Shown one piece after another: positions 10,873 through 22,631 of a DNA stretch of 64,000 bases (its first letter is position 1; every line of letters starts with the position of its first letter). Location of the stretch: NCBI RefSeq assembly GCF_006345805.1, contig NC_043000.1, positions 65,658,001 through 65,722,000 on the forward strand, in the 5' to 3' direction. A model generated the notes under the pieces. That model was not told the origin of the DNA and searched no databases. It saw only the letters and a list, made by a program, of their open reading frames with translations. The translations under genes and the position numbers were made by a program. Origin of the DNA: Octopus sinensis (taxonomy: Eukaryota).

Positions 10873-11342
10873 AATTGTGCATACACACATACGCACACAC
10901 ACATATATATCCATACTTACCTACCTCCCTACCTTCGTACCTACGTATATACATATACTGTTGCTGCACATGAAATTAACTGCTTGGCTCCTTCTTGTTA
11001 TTACATATCATGTTTATTATATACGTGGGTTATTACATAACCATAATGAATATATAGTAACATTCAAGCCTGATTTACGATAAGTGCTGATGAGATATTT
11101 GTCTACGACGAGGTAATCTTATTTGTAAAGGAGAAAGTATTGCTGATTTAACCGTAGATATGTGTGCCAATCTGCATTCCATGCGGCAGGTGAACTGAGA
11201 ATGTTGAAGAATAATCCTATACTAAATAACATTTATCCGATGCACTACCGTATCAACAAACTTAAATATCGGTCTATAATTAAAGTAGAAAGCATCAAAT
11301 AATGAAACACCTGCCAGGCACCGTCTTGGTAGTCGTTTAAAT

Positions 11343-11900
11343 CAGCGGTTCCTTATCGTTTTCAAACTACCGTCCCCTAGGCTACTACGCTACATTCCAA
11401 GCACTCTCTCATGCACCACCACAAGCATAGAGCTCTTTCCACAGCAAATTCAAAACAACTCAGTTAACTCATTATTTTGCTGTTTTTACTATACGAAAGA
11501 GATTTACATCTCACCTGTAATTACGTTGTTATCATATTTTAATACAATAGATCTGCTGTACTTTGTGCAAGGATATCAGCTTCTCGACATAGTCTCAGAT
11601 TTCTGCGTTCTGTGATTTTCAGTCTGCTTTGCTTTACTTAGATTGCTGTCTTAATTATGGTGTTGAGAAGACAATAAAGTATATCTTGACTTTGTTCCAC
11701 AGTGCAAAGTAGCAGTCAGAAATGTCCTTGTACAATCAAAAATCCTGATAAGAATTTTTGAACTTTGGTCTCAGTTCAAAGTCATTTTAAAGTAAAACTA
11801 GTTCTTCCTGCACTATTTTTGTTTCCTCATTACTAATATCGAAAAGTCATCCAGACTGGTATTTTATGTAGAAATAAATATATTGATGTGATTTGTCTTC
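11343..11900 (-). mobile_element. Decayed hAT (Charlie/Buster-like) transposon, 3' end
   Basis: CAGCGGTTCC terminus; minus-strand remnants LWNKVKIYFIVFST and SRLKITERRNLRL resemble the hATC dimerisation region. Confidence 0.55.
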
Positions 11901-12277
11901 ATTTTCATACCCGAGGGGATGTGCATTCTTAATTGTAACAAATGGTGAACCCGTATATAGGTGAACCCGTATATACATGCAGATACGTGTGTGTGTGACA
12001 GAAAGGTTTCGAAACAGTGAGTCTTATAGAAAAATGGAATTGATTTTCGATATCTGCGTCCTAAGAGGAAGGATTTTGGTTATTTGTAAACGAAAAAATG
12101 TATTTATGCCTATCTGTCTATCGGTCAGTCTGGCTCTCTGTCTTTTATGCTTTTCTCATTGTAAACTTCCCCCCTCTATGTATATATTTACCAAACTCTC
12201 TTCCTCCCACTTTCTGTTATATGTATATCTCTCAAACATGCTATTTCCCACTCTCTCTCTCTTGAAATGACATGTAA

Positions 12278-12395
12278 TTGAAGTCAGTCACGTATCCATC
12301 TAATTAAATTATTTACATGCCTATTCGACCATTCTTTGAAGTGGTCGAATAGGCATGTAAATAATTTAATTAGACAGACACGTGACTGACTTCAA
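12278..12395. repeat. ~54 bp-arm hairpin
   Basis: TTGAAGTCAGTCACGT..GCCTATTCGACCA/TGGTCGAATAGGC..ACGTGACTGACTTCAA. Confidence 0.9.
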
Positions 12396-12659
12396 AAAAT
12401 GGACTGACTCCATTAAAACTTTTGAAAACTTCTTACAGCTTCCATCGTCATGTTTTTATTTTCATATTGTAATAGACAGCTACCACACAGAAAACACTAG
12501 CTGCCAAATCCTGTTTTCTGATTGGGGAAAAAATCGCCAAACTTTAAATCTCTGTAACATTTTACTAACATTTTTCTGGAATAGATGTATCGAAATCAGA
12601 TTCAGCGTGATTAATTACATCAATAAAGCAAATTTGAATTTTCACTTAATTTTCAAATT

Positions 12660-14406
12660 TCCAAGTCTGTGACATCGTTCAGCTGGATTTCACAGCTAGT
12701 AAATAATCCAAAATGTTCTATTTGAAATCTTGATTGTTTTCAGCGGCTGCTAGTCGTCGGCCAGTTAATATTCTTCTGTAGTGGAATTTCAAGTTCTTTA
12801 TAGTTCCTGCGTCCATAGATTGCATTACAGACATGGTATTTGGAGGGAAGAAGATCAGCTCGACATTTTCCAGTTCAATTTGTGGATGGGCTGAGCAGTT
12901 GTCGACGATCATAGCAACTTTTCGATTTTCGTTTCTCATGCGACGGTTAAAATTTCTCATCTCAGATTCGAAAATGTCACTACGCATGCAAGCTTTTTTA
13001 TACGCCTGGTGCATAATAGAAGGATTTTTGAACGCACGCAGTTTTGTACTTTTACCTATTGCGAGAAGCGGCATTTTTCAGACCCGTCCATGTTGGAGAC
13101 GACCAGTAAAGTTATTCTCGTTTGGGGTTGGTTTTTTCCATTTATTCTGTTCACCAATAAACTCGAGGCTTCTCTCAGGTAACATTTGCCAAAATAGACC
13201 AGTTTCGTCACAATTGAATATGTTACGTTCTTGATAGCGTGTCAGAACGTCGTTCGTCACACCTTCTCTCCATTCCTTAACCATATCCAAGTCCACACCT
13301 CCGGATTCACCTGAATTCAGGACCTTTCCTACATTCCAGCGTTTCTTCCACCTTTCAATCCATACAGTACTCGGCATGGTTTCACAGTTGAATTCCTTCG
13401 CAAAATATGCAGTTTTCTGTATCAGCATTTCCCTATCAATCCATAAATTCGGCTTGGAGTAATATTGTCTGAATCAAAAAATGAGCGCCTGGTCTACATC
13501 ATCATAATTTGTCGCGCGGATTCGCTTTCTAGAAGTGTCTGGTCTCGCGTCCTTCTTTCTCGATTTCTCTCTAATTTTGTTCTTGTTTTTAATAATGTCA
13601 CTAAGTGTCTGCTTTGGAATTTCAAAGTGTGAGGCGATAGCTGTCTTTTTCATCGAGCTATTTTTGTCACAGTATTCTAAAATTTCCAACTTTTTATCGG
13701 TGTTAGAGCATTCCATTTCCGTTTGAATGGAAATGGAAAGTTCAACATGAAAAAATACAAATTCGCACAACAAAAGGACGGGAACGTGACAAAAACGTAT
13801 GGATCTTTGTGGTTTTCGTCACTGCAAGTGGAAATCTTCAAAAATATTCTTTAATGTAGCATTTAGATGTAATTTGTGATGCTGAATCTGAATTTGTTAT
13901 TCATCTATTCCAGAAAAAAATTGCGAAAATGTTACAGGTGTTCAAGGTTTGATAGATTTCAGAATTTTCAGCCAATCAGAAAGCAGCGCGTTCATTGCCT
14001 CTTCTATTGTCTGTCACAGTAGCAAAAAGATGGTGGGGGGCATGTAAAAGCATTAGAGATAACAGTTAAAATATTAAAATATACAGGAGCAAAGTAAACA
14101 GTGTAAAATATTAAAACATACGCGAGCAAATTAAATATTTAAAAGCTACGAGCAAACCAACTAGATTTGCTAGAAATAAGTCAAAACCTTGCTTAAAACA
14201 AACATTTATCAGTGAAAAAATAACCGAGGAAATTTACGTTGTTTTTGACCATTTGGGTCGAGAAAAATTGTCCGTTATGAGTGAATCTCAGTTATATCCG
14301 AGTCCGTTATAGGAACCGAAATCTATATGAAATTTCTATTACGAAAATCCGGACCGGACTATTTTGTCAGTTATAAGCGATTGTCCGTTATATTCAAAGT
14401 CTACTG
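12660..14406 (-). mobile_element. pogo/Tigger DNA transposon, frameshifted and 3'-truncated
   Basis: TA+CAGTAGAC terminus at 14408-14399; psq HTH (IASHFEIPKQTLSDIIKNK), CENP-B HTH (WIERWKKR), DDE motifs IFNCDETGLFW, IVDNCSAH, FFPPN..QSMD across three broken ORFs. Confidence 0.92.
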
Positions 14407-14810
14407 TACATACATATGTATACATGCACACTTTCTTCAATGTCTCCTAGATTTTTCTGCCGTGGGAAACACAGATTTAAATCGTTAGACCTTTTTAAAA
14501 TAGCCAACAAAACGTTTTCCAATTTCACTCTACCTTTTTTAAAGCTGTCTAAAACGATGAGACAGCTAGAAGGCCCTTTATCGTAGGACCTCTTGTTTAG
14601 TACTGGTTTCTGTGGCTTAACAACAGCAACAAAAACAACAACCGCAACAGCAGCAAACGCGAATTTTGTCTTATAGAAACATACAATGGATTAACATTTT
14701 TAATTCTGAAGAAATTTTGTTTCTTCCTTTTTGATTTTTTTTTTTTTTTTGGCAGCATGAATGTGGTCTAATCTGAAAATATATCCATCCGGATAAAGAC
14801 TGCTTTTGAA

Positions 14811-14841
<31 letters not shown>

Positions 14842-14922
14842 AATCGATTAAAATACCATGATGTGATCAATTTATGAGTTGACCAATTGAAGACACCATA
14901 GCTTACTTTTTGCTGCTTGTCA

Positions 14923-14953
<31 letters not shown>

Positions 14954-15711
14954 TTTTTGCCAAACCCGCTCCTATTCCTGTTGTATCTGATGTATAAGCA
15001 GGAACTAAAATGATACATCATCTTGATTTGCTGGCCTGTTTGAAATCCGGTATAAACCGTATGAATAATATAATTATATTTTATGTCAATAAACTAAACA
15101 TTTCAGCTTATATTATTGAAGCTGTTTATATCTTTAAATCTGTTCGACGTATGAAAATCATTTAAAGATGAGTTAACAAATGTAATAAAATAATTAAAGT
15201 TGAGTTTATTAAGTACGAAATTGATATCATATGACTTAGTTAAATGAGTGCATGACCTTTGATCTCTATGGCGGCAAGAAGATACCGAGAAATGAAAAAA
15301 GGAAACAAAATTTTAGCAGGGACGTATGTTCTGGGTATGTTAGCTGTATGCTGTACAAATAACAAAAGACAGCATATTCTTTATCACAAATATTAAGCTC
15401 ACTCAATAATTACAATTATGAGTCATAGGGGAAGGGTAAATTTTCTGTTATGAAATATTGTGGTTGTTGACAGATGGCGAGATAATGCGAAAGTATCGAA
15501 GCTTCTGTGTTATTTAAGCTTGTATGCATGAATTCGTTAAAAATTCGTCAAATCTAAATAATTAATTCTTAAATTGATTAACTATAGCTGATTTTTCTTT
15601 ACTTGTAATATCATGCATGATATAATCGAGTCATAATTTGCTGTAAACTTTTGTAATATAAACACAAAAGAAAAGAAAAGATGAAATCTTGAACAGGTTG
15701 CACAACGCATA

Positions 15712-15872
15712 TCCTGAGGCTGTGTGGTAAGAAGTTTGTTTCACAACAACATAGTTCCAGGTTCAGTCCCACTGTGTGGCACCTTAGGCAACTGTTTTCT
15801 AATTTAACGTCGGCCTGACCAAAAGCCTGTGAATGAATATGGTAGGCAGAAACTGAACGAAACCCGTCGTAT
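15712..15872 (+). mobile_element. SINE family B, 5' part
   Basis: GGCTGTGTGGTAAG..GGTTCAGTCCCACTG.GTGGCACCTT head. Confidence 0.75.
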
Positions 15873-15881
15873 ATATATAGC

Positions 15882-15955
<74 letters not shown>

Positions 15956-16369
15956 TTCCGCTTTTGTATTTGGTTTCAAGATTCATGTGAATTCGTGTGT
16001 TGAAGCATATTTTATTGTGTCTGGGGACATTCAGTCTGGTTTTAATGCCCTATTAATTAACACTCATTTACACTTATTTACTTATTTATTTTTTCTAACA
16101 TTTTCTTCGCTTCTTGCAACATTTTCAATAGTCGTTGACTCTGTCCGTTTTTGTTTGTCCGCTTGTATGTGTGCGTCAGTGTGCATGTGTGTGTATGTAT
16201 GCGTGTATGTACGTATGTATGTATGTATGTATGTATGTATGTATGTATGTATGTATCCATGTGTGCGTGTGTGTGTATGCAAATATATATGTGTATGCGT
16301 GTGTGTATGTTTGTATGTATTCTGCATATTCATGTGTTTGTGCGTTCATATTTGTGTGTTTGTATGTGA

Positions 16370-18230
16370 TGCAACATACTCAAACCCAAGAATCAGACTG
16401 CACAAAATTTCCAAGCATTCAACAACGATATTCCTACGCTATACGGGTTATGTAAAGACCAAAAACCCTGCGTAAACCCTGTTATGGGGCCCCCAACACA
16501 GCCAGTTTGCGGAGCGAATATCTCCAGCAATTACAGGCTATTCTACTTCTTCTCACATGTGTTACAACCGACCACTCATTGAAATGTCCCTGGATGTCTG
16601 TGTGAGGACGGAGCATCTCCTCAATAGAATCAGTAGTTAAACCACTCCAACGACCTCACAGGTTGTGTAGTGGGTAGTATGAATGTAGTTTCAATCCGCC
16701 TATCTATAGACATAGATTTTGCTGTAGAAAAATACATTGAGATTATTTGTGTGAGTGAGGTAGAGTCCGGCAAAGTCATACGAGGGAACTGGGCCTCCTC
16801 CTTAAACTAAGCTATGACTGTAACTACCTAGACAAGCATGACCTTAGTGGATTCTGCCCCACCAGGTCACAGAGAAGAAGGCCACACACCATCACCTCGG
16901 CAGTGAAGAAAAGCACCGCAGAGTGCTAGAGTGGCTGGACCATACCCACCCAGGACCCTGAGAACAACAGTCAGGTGAAAAGAATGATTGCACATGCAAT
17001 AAGAACTGCCTTGAAGGACAACATAGTAAAGTTTAAAAGGAAACTATAGATGCAAGTTCAAGGTGCAGCCATTGGTGTCGGTGTGACTGGAGATGTGACG
17101 GTTTTCTTCATGACGTGATGGGACAGAACACTTAAGCAATCCTTAGCTGAACAGTACACAACTGTGTTGCTTTACTGTAGGTATGTAGATGACAATATTT
17201 TAGTTAGGACAAACTCTAGTAACAGTAATGTAGAAACCGAGAGGAGCATAATGGAGAACATCCAACTCATAGCTAACTCCATCCACCAAAGTATCAAGGT
17301 AACTATAGATTACCCCACTAGGCAACCTAACAATAGACTCCCTGTTCTTGATACTGAACTTTGGTTAGAGACAGTGAACAACGGAGTGCAGCCCCTCCAT
17401 TCCTATTACATGAAACCCATAGCTTCTAAATATGTTGTTCACAAGAACTCAGCTTTGTCACACAACATGAAAATCAACATGATAGCATTCTTAGGATAAT
17501 GAACAACGTGCCACAACCCCATGCGAACCCTATGAAACAAAGAAACATATACAGAACTTCATGCGCCGCATGTAATTCTCTGGATATGAGCAGAAAGATA
17601 GGGCTCGGGTTTACAGGGGAGCTAGAAAGAAGTTAGCATTATATGTAATTAAACCAGTGGTACCTGCTCTAGATACAGAAGTAAAGACTGGAATAGGATA
17701 CAGAGGGTTTGTAACAAATCAAACAGGACGAACACTTTGTACAAGGCCGACAAATATCAAGGAGTGATGTTTGTAAAAGCCACAGCCCATGGAGAACTAG
17801 CCCGAAAATTTAGGATAGCTTTGAAGGAGGCCAAACTCAATATTAAGATGGTTGAAAAGTCAGGGAGCCCCATTAGATCACAATTATGTAGGACGTACCC
17901 CTTTGAGAATACAACATGCACCAATGAGAATTGCATGGTATATAAGATTAACCCTGGCATTAAATGTAGAACTAGAAATGTAGTCTACAGCATAAGGTGC
18001 TTGTAAAGACAAGAATATGACATACATTGGTGAGACATCTAGAAACATTGCGGAAAGACAAAAAACAGTCTTTCATACTCTACCAACATGCCAAAGATGA
18101 ACATGGAACCGTACTGGGTCGACTTGACACCCGCATTTTATCCAAGCACCCGAAGGACCCAACACTCAGATAATAACAGGTGTACGTTCTCATAAAGGAA
18201 ACATCCCCAGTACTAAATAGGAGATATACA
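16370..18230 (+). mobile_element. Decayed Penelope-like element (RT + GIY-YIG)
   Basis: IPTLYGLCKDQK..GPPTQPVCGA, VGSMNV, QGAAIG, RYVDD, DYP..RLPVLD, CRTRNVVYSIRC..YIGETSR; many stops and frameshifts. Confidence 0.85.
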
Positions 18231-18306
18231 TAGAAGGTAGTGATACTCCAATACCTACAGTTTATACATACGCAGGTAGATTTGTTAGTAGGTTATTATG
18301 TAGACG

Positions 18307-18401
<95 letters not shown>

Positions 18402-19073
18402 CTATATAAGTAGATAAATGGATATGTAAGTAGCTTGTGAGCTGAAACTAGATAAATAAATAAATAAAAAATATGTAGATAAGTACATAGGTAATACGGA
18501 CAGACAAGCGCACACACCATACACATGTAGATACATGTGTAGATACATATGCTAAGCATTTCGTCCGATAAGCTGGCGATTTTTTATAATTTCACAAAAA
18601 TGGAAACGGAAATCGCAGTTGTAAAAAAAATTATTTTCCAAAATTCCAATTTTTAAGTGAACAAAATATATTCAATCGAAATACGGTGTCAGAACATCTA
18701 TTGTTCTTCACAATGGTATGTTCCGTGTGTTTCAAATATTTTCGTTTTTAGGATAATTTTAAAGTTTAAAAATGAAAATTAGTCAACCTTAACATCAATG
18801 ATAGAATAACAGAACACAAGACTCTTTACTACTCAATGTACGTATTGTCTGAATTCTAACAAAAGGGAAAGCGTTTACTTCAGGAAATGTGTAGAAACAT
18901 AAAAACGATAAGTACATTTGAATGACTAGCCTTCGGCGCCATAATTCTGTTAGACCTTCAACGGCCGGAGAAAGTTCAAAAGGTCAACTGATTCTCATTA
19001 ATCTGTAAGTGCTGAGAGAAGAAAAGAGAAGACTTTGAATATATATTTTAAAATGCTGATTTTTCTGCGGCCA

Positions 19074-19535
19074 AAAATTCTTCAAGCTGGTGCCCCAGTA
19101 TTGCCGCAGTCCAATGACTGAAACAAGTAAAATAACTTTTAGAAAATAAAAAAAAACCGAGGGGCTTATAAAAAAATTCAAGAGATTTGGCTGTGATTTC
19201 TAGCATGTGGAGATACCTTCTAGGCTTAATTTCATGAGGCGGTTGAAAATCATTAAAAAAAATTCTGGGGTCGATACATTCGACTAAAAATTCTCCAAGG
19301 TGGTGCCCCATCATGGCCGCAATCTAATAACTGCAACATGTAAAAATAAAAAAAAATTCCAGCGTCGATACATTCGACTAAAATTTCTTTAAGGTGGTGC
19401 CCCAGCGTGGCCGCAGTTTAATAACTGCAACAAGTAAAAGGAAAAAAAATTCTGGTGTTGATACGTTCAACTAAAAATTATTCAAGGCGATGCTACAGCA
19501 TGGCCTCAGTCTAATGACTGAAATAAGTCAAAGGT
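19074..19535 (+). repeat. Tandem array of four diverged SINE-tail units
   Basis: AAAATTCTTCAAGGTGGTGCCCCAGCATGGCCGCAGTCTAATGACTG-like unit recurs 4 times. Confidence 0.8.
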
Positions 19536-19669
19536 GAAGCAATAAAAAAATAATAGAAAACTATAACCGTGTGGCTTTTTCCTAGGAGGCTTTTCTCCTG
19601 CACTTGAATTTAGAACAGATAAGGAACTTTGTTTCTTATTTTCAAACTTAGAGGATTACATCCATCCGA

Positions 19670-20025
19670 GTTAATTTGTGCTTATTTTATCGACCCCGAA
19701 AGAAGGAAAATCGATATCGGCGGCATTTGAATTCAGAACGTATAGAGCCAGAAAAAATATCGCATGACTTTTTGCCCGACATGCTAACGATTCTTATTTC
19801 TTTATTGCCCACAAGGTGCTAAACATAGAGGAGACAAACAAGGACAGACAAAGGGATTAAGTCGATGATATCGACCCCAGTGTGTGACTGGTACTTAATT
19901 TATCGACCCCGAAAGGATGAAAAGCATAGTCAAACTCGGCGGAATTTGAACTCAGAACGTAGCGGCAGACGAAATACCGCAAAGCATTTCGCCCGGCGTG
20001 TTAACGTTTCTGCCAGCTCGCCAGC
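19670..20025 (-). mobile_element. SINE family C (full copy 19797-20025 plus older partial copy)
   Basis: Minus strand GGCGAGCTGGCAGAAACGTTA..GAGTTCAAATTCCGCCGAG tRNA-like head. Confidence 0.85.
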
Positions 20026-20960
20026 TTGCTCTTTACTGCAGAAAACAGTTTTATATACCAATCAGTCTTTTGTTGAGGAATGTCGTGTTTGATACTATTT
20101 TTTCGCTGAGATGTGTCAAGTTTATCGGATTAACGTGACCTGCAGACAATACTAAATCTGGGGGGTTTTTTGTTTGTTTTTTTTTTGATAGATATCGTTT
20201 CTGGAATAATCATAAAATTTAATTTTGTAGTGAATGAGTTAAACTTTTAAAAACAATATAATTTTATATCTTTATTGGCGTAGTAAACACCTATTTCGGA
20301 ATATTCGTTTGGAAATGTTAAAAGTTGATACTGAACGCCCGAATACAACACTATCTCAACTAAGCATCAAAACTATCTTGCCACTTATATTGTGTCCTTG
20401 ATCTCAGACAATACACAAAGCAATAATTGTTCAAACCTATCTAGAACTACATTTACAGGGAACTTCACTTCCTATAACTCATCGAAAAATAGTCTATGCT
20501 CTTATATTGCACACGCAGTAACAATATTGCGGCTTCTATTAACCTATTTAAATGTAAGCGACTCGTGTGTGTGTGTGGTAATGCAAAAGTATAAAATATG
20601 TTAAAATATATTTTACATAATGCAAATATTTATCAGATATAGGCCTCAGTACATTGGGTAGAGTGAATAGATATGTTTATTATATCAAAAGTTGGCAGTC
20701 TACTCTTGAGTTTCACTGTCGATTGAGGTTGTTAACAACTGTCGTGAACAGCCCAGCCAAGAGTGAGAGTCAGAGCTAACAGTCAGTTGTTTGAAGTTAC
20801 ACACACACACAATAATTACGTAAGCAAAAATATTATCATAAAATCACGAAACAAAAAAAAAACTTTTTTTTTTTTTTCACAAATTTGTTTTGTGTTACAA
20901 ATAAACAATTTCAAATACATTTCCGCAGTTTTGCAATAATATCGAGGGAAAAAAATCAAA

Positions 20961-21204
20961 GGTCTTTTCCGAGCCCATCGGATGATAAGGCCAGCTTTCC
21001 AGATACTATAGCGTGTATATGCCTTCTATGGACGGGACGTCGATCCGTCACAGGGTTACTCATTTTTGCCAACTGAGTGGACTGGAACAACGTGAAATGA
21101 AGTGCTTTACTAAAGAACATAACGCATCACTTGGACCAGGAATCGAAAGCACAATCTTACGATCATTAGTGCAACACCCTAACCAATGAGCTACGCGCCT
21201 CCAC
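20961..21204 (-). mobile_element. tRNA-derived SINE, family D
   Basis: GTGGAGGCGCGTAGCTCATTGGTTAGGGTG..TTCGATTCC head followed by a central domain unlike families A-C. Confidence 0.7.
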
Positions 21205-21218
21205 TTTGCAATAATATA

Positions 21219-21395
21219 CTTTTCTACTCTAAGCACAAGCCCCGAAATTTGGGGTGGGGGAGTCGATTAGATCGACGCCAGTGTTTCACTGGTACTTAAT
21301 TTATCGACCCCGAAAGGATAAAGGGCAAAGTTGACCTCGGCGGAATTTGAACTCAGAACGTAAAGAGCCGAAAGAAATGCCGCAAAGCATTTTAG
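21219..21395 (-). mobile_element. SINE family C
   Basis: TACTTAATTTATCGACCCCGAAAGGAT..CGGCGGAATTTGAACTCAGAACG. Confidence 0.8.
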
Positions 21396-22631
21396 CATCA
21401 AGTCAATATGCTTTCGTATTTTTTCAGCTGCTACTGAGGCTTTTGTTTACAATTACACTTAATTCCTTTAAAAATAAAAGACACGAATTTTAAAAATTAA
21501 TGATAATTTTAAAGAATGAATCTTGCATCTTGAACTCATAAAACTATATAGATCGCGATGTGTCGATAATACGCCGATTTTAATTATGATCATATAACAA
21601 CACTCCGTTTGTCCCTTCTTTAATATGGAAAGCATTATGACAATTATTCGACCTGCAAGAAATATCAGCTCGATTTCCCAAAAAATCGTATCCAACATTT
21701 ACGAAAAGAGCTAGGAGGCACTGAGAAATGTAGTTAATGTAGTTAAAGATACACTCAAACAGGATGGTCATGACAGGAAATCCTTTGATTGTACTTTTAC
21801 CAAATCCATGTGTCTCTTCATTTGCTATTCTCAGATCAGCTAGAAGCAAATGAATACCATAAATGTTTTTTTCCATACAGCCTAGTAAATGAGCTTGCTA
21901 TATACAAAGTAACAAAGTAAGCAGTTGGGTTTTTATATATTTTTTTAATGATTAACTTCAAACAATAATCGTTCTTTTTTTTCCAGACTTTCTATATGAA
22001 GAGCACCACTAGTCTTCAACTTTCTTTACGAAATGTGCCAATCGTTTCTTTTTTTTTTTTTTGTAACTTCCAACGCGACACGAAGTAAAAACAGATTGAC
22101 AACCATTGTCGTAAACTATTAACTCCATGTCAACAATGATGTTTTGATTTGCTTCAAAATAATTTAGTTAATTTCTTGGATAGAGAGAATGCGATACTCG
22201 ATACAAATAGTTCAGTTTTTGTTTTAAACATCAAACACGACTAGCGCACATATCCGATACATGACTAAACCTGCTAGTGGTTACATACAAGGCATATTCC
22301 AGAAGTTTCGATGCTTTTTTAAGAGAGGCAGTTACAACTGTCCTAGATTATTGTAACTTTTGTATTTCATTAGTAGGCTGACCTGTCAACTTTTATTTTA
22401 CCAGATTGAAAGAGACGGCTGTAAGACATCTTGGTCATCCACTGCATCTGTCTCTATCCTCATTCACCTTGACATGGTCTTCTCACACAGAATTGAATAT
22501 GGTCGCGGACGAGAGAACGAGGCTGACAGTGCGCAATTCTTCCTCACTTTAAACAATCAATGCACAAACCATCAGTCATCTTTAAGATGACTTGATGATC
22601 TTCGTCGCTCCGACGGACGAACACGAATATA

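Noticed and set aside
18830-19012. Possible first coding exon on the minus strand (MYLSFLCFYTFPEVNAFPF..)
   Set aside because: Good acceptor but no convincing donor, and competing short ORFs; unsupported.
19074-19535. CRISPR-like repeat-spacer appearance
   Set aside because: Units are SINE tails in eukaryotic DNA, with no unique spacers or cas genes.
21570-22330. Possible PIF/Harbinger remnant
   Set aside because: Only faint similarity (DT.F..I..R....L..L..G); no TIR pair found.
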